64,000 nt of DNA from Mytilus edulis (taxonomy: Eukaryota): positions 2,356,001-2,420,000 of the forward strand of contig NC_092347.1 in the NCBI RefSeq assembly GCF_963676685.1. The letters are read 5' to 3'. Each line of letters opens with the position of its first letter. The first letter of the stretch is position 1. The notes below the pieces were generated by a model. That model did not search any database, had not been told where the DNA came from, and saw only the letters and a program-made list of their open reading frames with translations. The translations under genes and the position numbers were made by a program. Of the stretch, positions 26,195-39,524 are shown piece after piece.

Positions 26195-26489
26195 TTTCAA
26201 AGGCCTTATTTGAACAATTTATTATCAGGTTTTTTATTGTACCAAGTGTACTAGTAAGTAAAACAGACAATTTAGTAGTTGAACAATGGCTGGAAGATGA
26301 AATAAATCTATATTTGTAAGGTTTTTTGTGCAGCTTCGGAAGCCAGTACATAGTTGGGACTTTCATTGTGTTTGGTTCTGCTTGTAAAGAAGTAGCTTAA
26401 AGTTTATGTTTGTTACAGATGTCGTTTTCTGAAAATGAAGTCAGTTGGAATGTTGGTGAATTCGTGATTTCCTTTTGCAGAACCTCTAT
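26195..26489 (-). repeat. Direct duplication of RT segment 25353..25647
   Basis: 295 bp with only two substitutions seen, one of which creates TAA. Confidence 0.9.
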
Positions 26490-27006
26490 CAGACCGGAGA
26501 TAACCCTTCACCTACATTACAGAAAATTGTTTTGATTCCAAGGTAAATAAAACAATAAAACTGGTGATCGATATTGCCGTGCACGCGACCAAATATACGA
26601 CATATGACTATACTGTCTATTCTTAGTTTTCACATGTTTATTCAAGTGTTTACAAATAGAACCAACATGAATAAATCAGTATATATCACACCATAAAATT
26701 AAATTAGCTAACTTATTGGTTTAAAATTACAAAATTTACAGCATTGAAAAACCCATATTTCAAATTAGAATAAAATTGTTGCCACTTTTATAATGATACT
26801 TTAAAAGCATTTATTGGTAATGTATTCATCCAAAAACAAATACTTAAGATAAGTATTGCACACAGGTAAACACATTTGTATTTGAACTACCTTTTATAAC
26901 TTCATGACTATTTCGTAAAAAGAATAGGACACTCACATTTTTGCTTGCCTCCCTTTTCAATAGCCTCCCCTGCCCAAAAAAATATGGGCGCACACAATAT
27001 TTTCTC

Positions 27007-27147
27007 TTGTCTTCATTAGACTCATCAGTGACGCTCACATCAAAATATTTATAAAGCCAAACAAGTACAAAATTAAAGAGCATTATGATCCAAAGTTCCA
27101 AAAAGTTGTGACAAATACGGCTAAGTTAATCTATGCCTGGGATAAGA
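27007..27147 (-). mobile_element. Family-1 retrozyme fragment with a half hammerhead
   Basis: Minus strand gagcgtcaCTGATGAgtctaatgaagac, then truncated. Confidence 0.75.
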
Positions 27148-27984
27148 CTGTATGCTTTCTTTTATGACTTTTGATTATTTGTGTTCTTGGTTTGCTGTCT
27201 CAGTGATATACACCCCCACATCTTTGTTTTATTCATACTAAATACGAACGCCCTGTGACAATTGACAGACACTCTAACATCCCACCTTATATTTCAGATA
27301 AAACAATATGCATGTCTTTTAACCATTATTCACAACCTTTGTAATTCCCTAATACTAAATGTCTCGAGATAATAAAAATTTACCTTACAAATATTCTATA
27401 ACTTTGTGTTTTCTCCTCTAATTAGCCATCTCCATCCCTAAGGAGTGCATTTAATAAAGTCACATTGTGTACGTCAATTACAATAAGAATGTTTAAAAAT
27501 AAATAACTCTGAATGATTGACTATGTCATATTTACGAAGATGGCAGATTTTCTTCAGTTCTACACACAAATTAGGCATCTAAATTAAGTTTGTCAGGCAA
27601 AGATTATTATTATATACTTGTAAAGAGTGACATTATGTAATGTTTGCAGAGATAATATACCACAGATGTCATTGACGAGACTTTGAAAATAGCAAAGGAA
27701 AATAAGCTGCCATCTCTAATAAAAATATTATATAACATCAATGACTATATAGGGACCTTAAAAGTTGTAATATAGACAAAACTGTGCAATATAAACTGTC
27801 GGGACTACTTTTTTTATCCTAAATTTGAAACAATTAGCACATTACTTTGTCATTTGTCGTCTGTGGCATTGAAACTTGATGGAAAATTCATCCTAAATAA
27901 ACTGACAACATGCAATGGATCAATTCAGTTACAAACTACATAAATGTTCATAGTCAAACTATATAAAAATGTTCTTTAATGTTC

Positions 27985-28460
27985 AAACCCCGGTCACTCC
28001 TTTTTGGATAGTGTGAACGGACGCGGAACGGATAACTTTTTTTCGATCTATTCGTGTCCGTTAGACGTCCGTTCGACATCCGTTCATATCCGTTTCATGT
28101 CAATTCAGTGTCTGGCTTATCCGCAGACGTTCGTTTTGTCCGATGGAAAGTTTTTAGCTTGTTTAAAACTTTGAACGGACGTCCCATAAATGAAGGGTCC
28201 GTTGCACATCCGGTCGTCGTCCATTATTGACGGTACTTGTCCGTTCCAGTTCCGTTTTGTATCCATCACTCTTCCGTTATACATGCATTGGAGGTCCAGT
28301 AGACCATTTCATCAACGGACTTCCAACGGACGTACAACAGTAGTCCGGATGACGGACAGATGGATAACGGATAAATGTCAATTAAAAATTTCGGTTGATA
28401 AATACCAAGTATGGTCATTCAGATTTCTTGAGTGTCGTTCACTTTTATTCTTCATGATGG
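27985..28460. mobile_element. Partial copy of the 18111 DNA transposon
   Basis: Colinear similarity with 18111..18770. Confidence 0.7.
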
Positions 28461-29628
28461 ATCTTGGAGTAAGAGCATGTCTTCACTGATCGTGGAGTAA
28501 GAGCATGTCTTCACTGATCGTGGAGTAAGAGCATGTCTTCACTGATCGTGGAGTAAGAGCATGTTTTCACTGATCGTGGAGTAAGAGCATGTCGTCACTG
28601 ATCTTGGAGTAAGAGCATGTCTTCACTGATCGTGGAGTAAGAGCATGTCTTCACTGATCGTGGAGTAAGAGCATGTCGTCACTGATCGTGGAGTAAGAGC
28701 ATGTCGTCACTGATCGTGGAGTAAGAGCATGTCGTCACTGATCGTGGAGTAAGAGCATGTCGTCACTGATCGTGGAGTAAGAGCATGTCGTCACTGATCG
28801 TGGAGTAAGAGCATGTCTTCACTGATCGTGGAGTAAGAGCATGTCTTCACTGATCGTGGAGTAAGAGCATGTCTTCACTGATCGTGGAGCAAGAGCATGT
28901 CTTCACTGATCGTGGAGCAAGAGCATGTCTTCACTGATCGTGGAGCAAGAGCATGTCTTCACTGATCGTGGAGCAAGAGCATGTCTTCACTGATCGTGGA
29001 GTAAGAGCATGTCTTCACTGATCTTGGCGTAAGAGCATGTCTTCACTGATCTTGGAGTAAGAGCATGTCGTCACTGATCGTGGCGTAAGAGCATGTCGTC
29101 ACTGATCGTGGAGTAAGAGCATGTCTTCACTGATCGTGGAGTAAGAGCATGTCATCTTGGAGTAAGAGCATGTCTTCACTGATCGTGGAGTAAGAGCATG
29201 TCTTCACTGATCGTGGAGTAAGAGCATGTCTTCACTGATCGTGGAGTAAGAGCATGTCTTCACTGATCTTGGAGTAAGAGCATGTCTTCACTGATCTTGG
29301 AGTAAGAGCATGTCTTCACTGATCGTGGAGTAAGAGCATGTCTTCACTGATCGATGAGTAAGAGCATGTCTTCACTGATCGTGGAGTAAGAGCATGTCTT
29401 CACTGATCTTGGAGTAAGAGCATGTCGTCACTGATCGTGGAGTAAGAGCATGTCTTCACTGATCGTGGAGTAAGAGCATGTCGTCACTGATCGTGGAGTA
29501 AGAGCATGTCTTCACTGATCGTGGCGTAAGAGCATGTCGTCACTGATCGTGGAGTAAGAGCATGTCGTCACTGATCGTGGAGTAAGAGCATGTCTTCACT
29601 GATCTTGGAGTAAGAGCATGTCTTCGCT
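28460..29628. repeat. 28-bp minisatellite, ~42 copies
   Basis: Unit gatcgtggagtaagagcatgtcttcact. Confidence 0.97.
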
Positions 29629-31688
29629 ATTAGGCAGCTCATATTCAGGACAGATTTAGACTGAAATTAAATGTAGCAAATATAAATCTACTATAAAACA
29701 GTTACACGTAAACTTTTAAAATATTTTTAATTCATGTGTATGATATTTAGATGTATTATCTTCATACGTTTTATCTTTTGCTTTTCTGTGTATTTTGATG
29801 TTGTAAAAACCTCATTTCATCCTTTTAGATTATTGCTTCAAATTATAACTTCACAATCCTATTTAGAAATAGAAATATTGTTTTTGGACAGATATTGGAA
29901 TTTTGATATTTTTCTTTTATTCATTATCATAATTTTTACGTATCTAATAGGAATACAAGTAATTGAATTCTGAACTATCAATTTTCATCAATTCAAGATA
30001 ATGATTTTCAAAATTTTTCATATTCAATTAATAAATTTGTTAATACAGATTAAATTCTTTACAATAACTATACTAGAGGGACGTTGAACAACAGTAAATA
30101 ATCCAACAAACTTAAAAACATAAATGAATAAACAAATAAGGAGCTATAAAAGTCATTACTTTTCCCTTGGAATTGCACAAGTAGAATAATTACTTAACCC
30201 TTTCAAAATTAATCAGAATGCTATCTGCAGTAATAATTGAACAGGTTAATAAAATCTAGACACTTTAATGCAGAGAAGTCACTTTTGATGTCATAAGCAT
30301 GTTAAAACTGACATAATTGAAACACGAGGAACAGCCAAAATGATATCTTTCAGCAACATTAAAATCTGATTAAAATACATCTTATAAAAAATATATTTTG
30401 GGGTAAAGCTATCTATTGTTAATATCTAGATAATGACATTACGCGTATGTTTTACGAGAATCCGTTACTTTGAATTGAATTCAAAAATTAACCTTCATAT
30501 CAAAATTAAATTTTACCTTAGTGATAACTAAAAAGTCCACAGGTTATTCAAGAAAAACTTTTTTTCATGGTCTTATTAGCATCAAAAGTAATTATATGAA
30601 ATGAATGCTTCCTTTTGTAATTTCATTGGAGTGTAATAGTGCGTCATACACAATGTGCTTCAGTCATTAATTTTACACCCTAATAAAAATACAAAAACAA
30701 AAACACTGAAGTTTCGTATTACGAAGTTCACAATGTAATTCTTCTGCTTTCTTAAATTATAAGATTTTACAGTAGAAGAAAGAAGTTATTTCATATAACA
30801 TTTTAACAGAATTTGAAACACAATCGGTATCTTATTTTGAAATACATAGATCTTTGAAGTACCTCATAAAAAAAACTCTGTTGCCTGTTACTTCAACCCT
30901 TTTTACAAAATTCTGTTACAAATTAATGGGAAAAAAAGTTACTAAGACATCTGTTTGTCAAGTTTACAATTTATGAAGAGAACTCTCAAATGTCAGTTAT
31001 TGTTTAAAATCATGTCAAAACCCATAAATTTACAAACATACTGACACTTTTCTATTTCCCATTTGTTATATCACTTATTTTAGAATTTTATATTTAGAAT
31101 ATTTATAACCAAGGATTACATTTTAATAGTATCTTCAACCACACATAATACAGAAATGAACAAAAGCCACCTGACGGTTAGATATCTGTTTTGGTCAATC
31201 AACAAATAGAAGAATTATTGAAAAAGAGCTGGTCAGTGATTTGAGATTTCCAGATCCATATTACACCATTATATTATTAACAGTGCTACAAACACAGCGT
31301 ACTAGAGGCTCTCACTCAAAATTCAATGACGAAACTTAATGATGATACTTAAACAATTGAAATCATTGATGAACATGTCGCATTAAGGAATTGGATTGGA
31401 TATTACTGGGTGTAAAAATTTCTACATGCGTAAAACTTATTAATCAGAGTGACGTATAATGATTGACAGACTCATATATAAGGAAAAAATCAAAGTTATG
31501 TTTGTAAAATCTTAAAATCATTTTATACAGAGAGGAAAAGTACATGATTCCAAACCAATTGTGAGAAATGTATAAAACTTTGAAAAATAATCGAATCTTG
31601 ATCCAAGTTAGAAATATAGAATTTGGAAAACAAGTAAGATGCCAATACTTTTATAACTGGTAAGAAAATTTTTTGCATTTCAAGTTTA

Positions 31689-32984
31689 ATGAACATTTTT
31701 ATTATGAGAGAAACAACCATGTTTAGGGAAAATATAACGGAAAACATCACCATAACAACATCCATCATTCCTGAGATTGGAGGAGACCCACCAAGACGAC
31801 CAACATTGCAAGAAATTCTTATGGCATATTCAGAATATGTCTGGGCAGTGAATCTCGGAACTTATGTTTTCCCCATTATAATAGGACTAGGAACAATTGG
31901 TAACGTTTTGAGTTTTCTCATTATGATCCGCAGAACCATGATTATAACTCCAACATGCTTTTACATGGCAATATTGGCCATCTCCGACACTACCATTCTG
32001 TACGTAGACTGTCTTAGGAAGTGGGTTTTCCTTATGTATGGGGAAGATGCCTGGAACATCAATACAGCAGCATGTCGGGCTTTCTATTATCTGAGTTATT
32101 CTTCATTTCACTATTCAGTATGGATTATTGTTGCAATGACTACAGAAAGATTTTTTGCAATTCGGTACCCACTAAAATTTTTGACGGTTGGAAGCATAAG
32201 AAAAACAAAAGTGGCGTGTCTTATTATTCTAATTTGTGTTTTGCTTCTCAATTGCCAGTTTACTTGGTCAGTGAAAATAACGGAGAAAGGAACGTGTGTG
32301 CCAGAAGAAAATTATGTAAACTTTCACAAAGACGTTATGCCTTGGATAGATGCCGTATTCTATTCATTTCTACCATTTGTAATATTAATCACATTTAATG
32401 TGTTAATTATTTGTTCCTTCAGAAAGGCCCACAGAAGACAGAAAACTCTCCATGGCAACCCTACTTCAAATAAATCTGCATCTCACAATCGCTCATCTAT
32501 AAACCACAGAATGACAGCTATGTTGTTGTCAGTGACTTTTACTTTCATTATAATGACTGCTCCAAAGACAATTTTATTCTGTATAAGGAATGAAGTTTTC
32601 ATGTTTCTTAAGTATAACACATATGACTTCCAAGAGATTGCACTGTACACGCTAATAACTCGAATTGCTGACTTGTGCATGTATACAAATCATGCAATTA
32701 ATTTCTTTCTTTATTGTGTAAGTGGACAGAGATTCAGAAAAGAAATGAAACAGCTGTTTTTATGTCGCAAATCCCGCAGTGCAAGTCTGTCGCTATATTC
32801 ATCAAAATTTCCGCCATCATCTCGTTACCAAACAATGCAGACAGTCAGCAGGGGATCATATGAAAATGACAATGGACTAGAATCCTATCACACAATGCGC
32901 ACTGTCAGCAGTAATTTGGGATCAAACAATAATGAAAATTGCCAGGATGTTAATGAACAAAATGAACGTGAAAACAGCCTGTGA
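31689..32984 (+). CDS. Class A (rhodopsin-like) peptide GPCR, FMRFamide-receptor/GPR139-like; intronless ORF
   Basis: Seven hydrophobic segments; GN in TM1, LAISD in TM2, Cys at the top of TM3, SVWIIVAMTTERF, LPF in TM5, NHAINFFLY in TM7, helix 8 FRKEM; N-terminal NIT sequons. The true start may be a downstream Met. Confidence 0.93.
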   Translation: MNIFIMRETTMFRENITENITITTSIIPEIGGDPPRRPTLQEILMAYSEYVWAVNLGTYVFPIIIGLGTIGNVLSFLIMIRRTMIITPTCFYMAILAISDTTILYVDCLRKWVFLMYGEDAWNINTAACRAFYYLSYSSFHYSVWIIVAMTTERFFAIRYPLKFLTVGSIRKTKVACLIILICVLLLNCQFTWSVKITEKGTCVPEENYVNFHKDVMPWIDAVFYSFLPFVILITFNVLIICSFRKAHRRQKTLHGNPTSNKSASHNRSSINHRMTAMLLSVTFTFIIMTAPKTILFCIRNEVFMFLKYNTYDFQEIALYTLITRIADLCMYTNHAINFFLYCVSGQRFRKEMKQLFLCRKSRSASLSLYSSKFPPSSRYQTMQTVSRGSYENDNGLESYHTMRTVSSNLGSNNNENCQDVNEQNERENSL

Positions 32985-33454
32985 GTAAATCACATGTTAT
33001 AAATCATTGTATCTAATCATTAAAATACACCATTATCTTAATCCATTTGACTTTTATTTCTTACAGTTTTGTTCAAATTGACATCTGGTGATTACAGCAC
33101 ATCATTAAAGACTGTTTCATACCTTTAATGTAGACAATAAAAAGTTTCATAGTTATTAATTTTGAATAATGACTTAATATTTCTGCATGACGTTTGGTGA
33201 CAAGAGCCTAATAATACCCTTATAAATTGGTAAACAAACATTAGAGTAGTATAGAGGTTAAAAGCAAAAATGAAAGCTCCATATTATTCGATTGAAATTG
33301 TTATTTCGCCAACAGAGTTTGTTTTAAATTATATGTTATAGCTGTGAACATTTTTGGTTTAATGATATATACATCTTTCAGAGGTATCCAGATCGTTTCT
33401 GCAATATTTTTAGATCAAAATTTAAAAAGTTTGAGTGATGTATGATAACTATGA

Positions 33455-34540
33455 TAAAAGAGGGACGAAATATACCAAAGGGACAGTCAAACTCATAAAT
33501 AAAAAATAAACTGACAACGCCATGGCTAAAAATGAAAAAGACAAACAGACAAACAATAGTACACATGACACAACATAGAAATCTAAAAAATAAACAACAC
33601 GAACCTCACCAAAAACTAGGGGTGATCTCAGGTCCTCCTGAAGGGTAAGCAGATCCTGCTCCACATGTTGCATCCGTCGTGTTGCTTATGTGATAACAAA
33701 TCCGGTAAATAGTCTAATTCGGTAGGTCACATTCATGAAAGGGAAGGGGATTGTAGTTACGACGTAAGAAACATATCCGATTTCATTTGTGAAACGGTTA
33801 TTCCATAACGGTCAACCAACTCGTGATGGCGTCCGTAAAATTTACGAAGGGATGATTTCAACTTCACCATTTGGAACTCTTGGTTTAATGGCTTCCTTGT
33901 GAGCAGCAACCATCTATCAAGAAAATAATGATAGGAAATGCAAGCACGGGAATATCGTATCAATAGACCACTTTCGAGTTCATCCGTCACCGGAAAAAAA
34001 TCGTCAACTATACGCGCCTTTATGACGTCATTTACCAGATAGAGGGGGTTGCCTGTATCCCTGCACTATTTACGTTGTTCATCAAGCGTCTTAGTGATCG
34101 TCATTGTGCAGGATAAACTAGAAATAATGGTTGTTCTGTAGGTACTTAATGACAATTCTCTAATGACAGCAATGCTGATTGTCAATTTTGAGAATTCAAT
34201 TTGCCGAATAATTCGTACAATATAGAATTATAGTTTTCCAACCACTCGCTCAACATTGGAATGGAAGTGACGACGCCCCTAAACGCATAAATGACGTTCA
34301 CTAAAACCAGAGTTTTTGACGTAAATGCATCGAACTCGAAAGTTGTCTGTTGGGACATATATACCCCGTATGCAGGTGCTGCTGGAATGTTGCTACTTAG
34401 AAATGGAAAGTTCACAACTGGAAAGCTGAAATCATCTCTTGTGTCGTAAAGTTTTGTTTCAGCCGACCCTCATTGTCAATTTCTAGATGAAAGTCAAGAT
34501 ATAAGGCCGACTTAACTGTATCTGTAGTATCCTTTATCCT
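33455..34540 (-). mobile_element. PLE family 2 3' fragment interrupted by a MITE
   Basis: NFPFLSSNIPAAPAYGVY and LIRYSRAC..KFYGRHH motifs split by the insertion at 33965..34348. Confidence 0.85.
33965..34348. mobile_element. MITE with 17-bp TIRs
   Basis: agaccactttcgagttc / gaactcgaaagttgtct (16/17 match); empty site cgtatcaattggga at ~39370. Confidence 0.85.
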
Positions 34541-35219
34541 TAGTAAAAATATAAATTACGATATTGTAGCATGTAACGCTTATTTTGTTTTCCGATACTT
34601 TATATACCAAGACTGTAATCAAATTTTTACTGAACTAAAAAATAATCCGTGAATTTCTGTGGCTTGAATTTTGAGAAATTCAGGATGCATGCAAATTTGT
34701 ATCAATATGTTTTCAAGTGTATTTTATACCTTTATAGTTCTTTTTCAAATTGTTTTATTTGATATTATCTCAAAAATATACACATTTCACTTTTTTTTAA
34801 AAGTCTTTATATGCAGCTCAATGAGCTCAAAATGCATTGAAAAAAGTTCTTACTTGGTAAAACAACTGTCCATAGAACTGGATTTTCAAAACTGTCACTT
34901 GCGTAGACGCTTGTCCATGTTAGAACACTAGATGGTTATAAACTCAACATATTCATCTTACTTTATATGAGAATATGAATTTGGAACAATAAATAAAATA
35001 ATCAACTATGTAAAGTCGAGAGCCGTTTAGAGTAAGAGGTTTGACATTTTTTTCTGAAACCCAGTAACATTATCTCGAGGAGGAGGAAAATAAGAAACAT
35101 GAGACATAGAAAACTGCTCAACATCTGGTGTCTATACATGTATTATATAAAACAAGTTGAAGGTCCTGCTGTAAAGATATAGCTTAATCCAAGAAGTCAC
35201 TTGTTAATACAGATTTTTT

Positions 35220-35720
35220 TAAAAGAGGAGCGAAAGATAAAAGATGGACAGTCAAACTCATAGATCGAAAATAAACTGACAACGCCTGGATAACAATGTT
35301 TAAGACAAACAGAGAAATAATAATATACATGACACAACATAGAAAATTAGAAACTAAGCAACACGAGCCCCACCAAAACTGGGGTGGTCTCATGTGCTCC
35401 AAAAGGGTAAGCAGATCCTGCTCCACATGTGGCATCCGTAGAGTTCCTCATGTTAATACAAACCGGAGAATAGTCTAATTCGGTAGGTCACATTCGTGAA
35501 AAGGGAAGGTGATTGTGGTGAGGATATAAGGTACATATCCGATATCATCTATAGAACGGTTATTCAATGACAAACAACCAACTTGTGGTGGTATCCGTAA
35601 ATTTAGGAAGGGATGATTTCAACTTCAACATTTGGAACCTTTTTAATAGCTTTCTTGTGAGCAGCAAACTTCTATAATGGAAATCATGATAGAAAATATA
35701 AGCCCGGGAATATCGTATTA
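35220..35720 (-). mobile_element. Older PLE family 2 3' fragment
   Basis: Diverged copy of 38875..39375. Confidence 0.8.
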
Positions 35721-37091
35721 TAAATTTGTGATTGTGTTTGTTTAAAAAAAAAAAGGTAAAACAAAACATTGCAGTTTACACTAGTAATTTTACTTTAAGG
35801 GTAATCATTTATTGAAAATCTTAAGAAATTGCCTCAAAGAGTTTTATTTCATCTTGCACTTTACAGAAATTAGCACAGAAAGCTATTATCAATTCATGTC
35901 ATTCTCCTTGATAAAGGGATAATTATTATGCCAAGTTCATTTTATATAATGACATCAGATTTTTTTATGGCGTATAACTGCCAAGCAAAAAAAAACATAT
36001 TGTAATTATCAGAGGAGAAAATAATAAAAAACATGTAAAAATTGTGCTGTCATGTGAAGTCCTTAGTCGGTGGTTGTCGTCATTTAATCTTAATGTTTTT
36101 GTCGTTTAGGGAATTTATAGCTGATGGCATATCTTTGATAGTCTTTATAAAATTCATTCACAACTTTACTACACTCAGTGTTATTACGATGTTCACATAT
36201 TGATCACAAAAGTACAAAAAAGTAAGGAGATGTGCTATGATTGCCAATCAGACTATTTATCCACTTGATACAAAAGACAAGGATGTTTTTAACTATATGT
36301 TATGGTACATGTACCGCCTTTAGTAAAACCAATTCCGTATAGTAAGTTACAATAGCCATGACAAAAATAAAACTATTCAAAGATCTTTCTACAGTGTTAA
36401 ATCAATGACCCTAAAGAAGAAGTTTATTCTAAGTTCCAATACGTTTATATAAATTGTTCCTTAACTTACAGTCTTTAAGCAACAAAAGGTCATATGGTGT
36501 TCTGCATGATGAAATTTGGTATAAGAGCGTAACTTGTTATCAAGGTAAACACTTTTTATGCAAATCTTTATCTTTATTGCTTTGTAGTCATAGGTTGCTT
36601 GATGAACATTTCGACAAAAGGTCATCCGAAAAGAAGCAAATTTTGAGATAAAAACTGCAGGTGACTGAAAAAAGGCACGGGCGTTAATAAAAAAAAGGGG
36701 CGGGCACTGCGCCCTGTTTAAATTTGGTAGCAGTTGTATTCGTCTAGTAGTGTTTTGTGATAAACCAAAGATAAACCTGATGGCAGGATATAAAATGAAC
36801 TTTAGAGGCATCTAATCCATGTCAATATTAGGGAGATTGAGTATAGACGACCATATTTAAGAGCTACACAGACTTTGAGATACAAAAGGTCATTTGGTGT
36901 TAATCTGCAAGAAACTGTCAAAAATAATGTTTCATACTTCCACTTTGTATCAATGACCGAGTCTAGCAAGGGTAATTTGTAGAAACAAAATTCCTTATCT
37001 AATAATTATCCATATAATAAAACAGATTAAGTTCGCCAAAATTCTAAAACATCTGTACAGATAATACAACTAGCAGGGAGTTATCACACAA

Positions 37092-38245
37092 TTTAGGGAA
37101 ATTACACACTGTAAGATGGGACAAAAGTAACACCAGTATCCAAACATAACACTTTGGGAAAGCTACACACTGTAATATGGCACAAAAGGTACATTATTGT
37201 CCAAACATGACACTTTGGGAAAGTTACACACTGCAATATGGCACAAAATGTACATCGTTATCCTAACATGACACTTTGGGAAAGTTACACACTGTAATAT
37301 GGCACAAAAGGTACATCATTATCCAAACATGACACTTTGGGAAAGTTACACACTGTAATATGGCACAAAAGGTACACCAGTATCGAAACATGACACTTTG
37401 GGAAAGTTACACACTGTACGATGGGACAAAAAGTACACCAGTATCCAAACATGACACTTTGGGAAAGTTACACACTGTAAGATTGGACAAAAGGTACAGC
37501 AGTATCCAAACATGACACTTTGGGAAAGTTACACACTATAAGATTGGACAAAAGGTACAGCAGTATCCAAACATGACACTTTGGGAAAGTTACACACTGT
37601 AAGATTGGACAAAAGGTACGGTAGTATCCAAACATGACACTTTGGGAAAGTTACACACTGTAAAATTGGACAAAAGGTACACCAGTATCCAAACATGACA
37701 CTTTGGGAAAGTTGCACACTGTAAGTTTGGACAAAAGGTACAGCAGTATCCAAACATGACACTTTGGGAAAGTTACACACTGTAAGATTGGACAAAAGGT
37801 ACAGCAGTATCCAAACATGACACTTTGGGAAAGTTACACACTGTAAGATTGGACAAAAGGTACAGCAGTATCCTAACATGACACTTTGGGAAAGTTACAC
37901 ACTGTAAGATTGGACAAAAGGTACAGCAGTATCCAAACATGACACTTTGGGAAAGTTACACACTGTAAGATTGGACAAAAGGTACAGCAGTATCCAAACA
38001 TGACACTTTGGGAAAGTTACACACTGTAAGTTTGGACAAAAGGTACAGCAGTATCCAAACATGACACTTTGGGAAAGTTACACACTGTAAGATTGGACAA
38101 AAGGTACAGCAGTATCCAAACATGACACTTTGGGAAAGTTACACACTATAAGATTGGACAAAAGGTACAGCAGTATCCAAACATGACACTTTGGGAAAGT
38201 TACACACTGTAAGTTTGGACAAAAGGTACACCAGTATCCAAACAA
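37092..38245. repeat. 61-bp minisatellite, ~19 copies
   Basis: Unit gacactttgggaaagttacacactgtaagattggacaaaaggtacagcagtatccaaacat. Confidence 0.97.
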
Positions 38246-38874
38246 GACACGAATCATTGACATTAGAATAAGGTCTGTGTAGATTGTTTTCAATACATCA
38301 ATGCATTCTACCACTTAAATAAATGTTATTGCTATTACAAGTCTGGGATCTGAAATTAACAGTCCTTAATCAAAATTGATTAACAAAATCTTATCAGAGT
38401 TACTGGTTTTTTTTTAGCATGACCAGTTCTTTTCTAAGTTATTGTTAAGTTTAGCCCGTACTTATCCATCAGAAGGTTCTAATTATGGGTCAAAATCGGA
38501 ACGAAGGCCGCACTTCAGAATTCTATAAAAGGTATCAATATCAATCCAGAATTGTATAGAAGGTATTATTAGAAGTCTGATTGGCAAATATGGGTAACCC
38601 TTTACGGCATTTTGTTAAAACAATGTACACGTAATTCATTATTTTTTTTTCGTCACTGTGTTGCCCCCTCAATGTCTTTTTGTTATTTGTGTTGATTGCT
38701 TGTTGTCTCATAGAGTAGTTCCACTACATCTCGTTTTACTGAGAAAAATGGAGTCTTATTGATTAATTGATTGAGGATAAATATATACAAAATAAAATCT
38801 TGACTATTGTTGAAGACTGTAATGCACATATGTCACTTTCATTTTATTGCGTTAATAGAAAGCTCCTTTCTTAA

Positions 38875-39524
38875 AAGAGGGACGAAAGATACCAAAGGGA
38901 CTGTCAAACTCATAAATCTAAAACAAACTGACAACGCCATGGCTAAAAATGAAAAAGACAAACAAACAACAGCACACACGACACAACATAGAAAACTAAA
39001 GAATAAACAACACGAACCCCACCAAAAAACTAGGGGTGATCTTAGGTGCTCCGGAAGAGTAAGCAGATCCTGCTCCACATGCTGCACCCGTCGTGTTGCT
39101 TATGTGATAACAAATCCGGTAAATAGTCTAATTCGGTAGGTCACATTCATGAAAGGGAAGGGGATTGTAGTTACGACGTAAGAAACATATCCGATATCTT
39201 TTGTGATACGGTTATTCGATAACGGTCAACCAACTCGTGATGGCGTCCGTAAAATTTACGAAGGGATGATTTCAACTTCATCATTTGGAACTCTTGGTTT
39301 AATAGCTTCCTTGTGAGCAGCAACTCTCTATCAAGAAAATCATGATAGGAAATGCAAGCACGGGAATATCGTATCAATTGGGAGATATATACCCCGTATG
39401 CAGGTGCTTCTGGAATGTTGCTACTTAGAAATGGAAAGTTCACAATTGGAAAGCTGAAATCATCTCTTTTGTCGTAATGTTTTGTTTTCAACCGACCCTC
39501 ATTGTCAATTTCTAGATGTAAGTA
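38875..39524 (-). mobile_element. PLE family 2 3' fragment with TSD
   Basis: YDKRDDFSFPIVNFPFLSSNIP..YGVYISQLIRYSRAC; TSD tcttaa; empty site at ~52860. Confidence 0.9.

Larger units (their letters stand above)
23580..26489 (-). mobile_element. Penelope-like retroelement family 1 (Naiad-like), 5'-truncated
   Basis: PLE RT motifs, a ~640-nt 3' UTR ending ttctcaatttt that is shared with the other copies, and a duplicated internal segment at the 5' junction. Confidence 0.9.

Noticed and set aside
28460-29628. CRISPR-like 28-bp repeats
   Set aside because: Head-to-tail units with no unique spacers, no cas genes, and a eukaryotic context.
31523-32680. ORFs overlapping the GPCR in other frames or strands
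   Set aside because: Shadow ORFs with no recognisable motifs.
32982-32984. Sec read-through of the GPCR TGA stop
   Set aside because: The nearest sense-strand SECIS is ~14 kb downstream, and an AATAAA lies at ~33136.
37529-38314. Cys-rich repetitive ORFs (also 52078..52386)
   Set aside because: Translations of a 61-bp satellite, whose length is not a multiple of 3.
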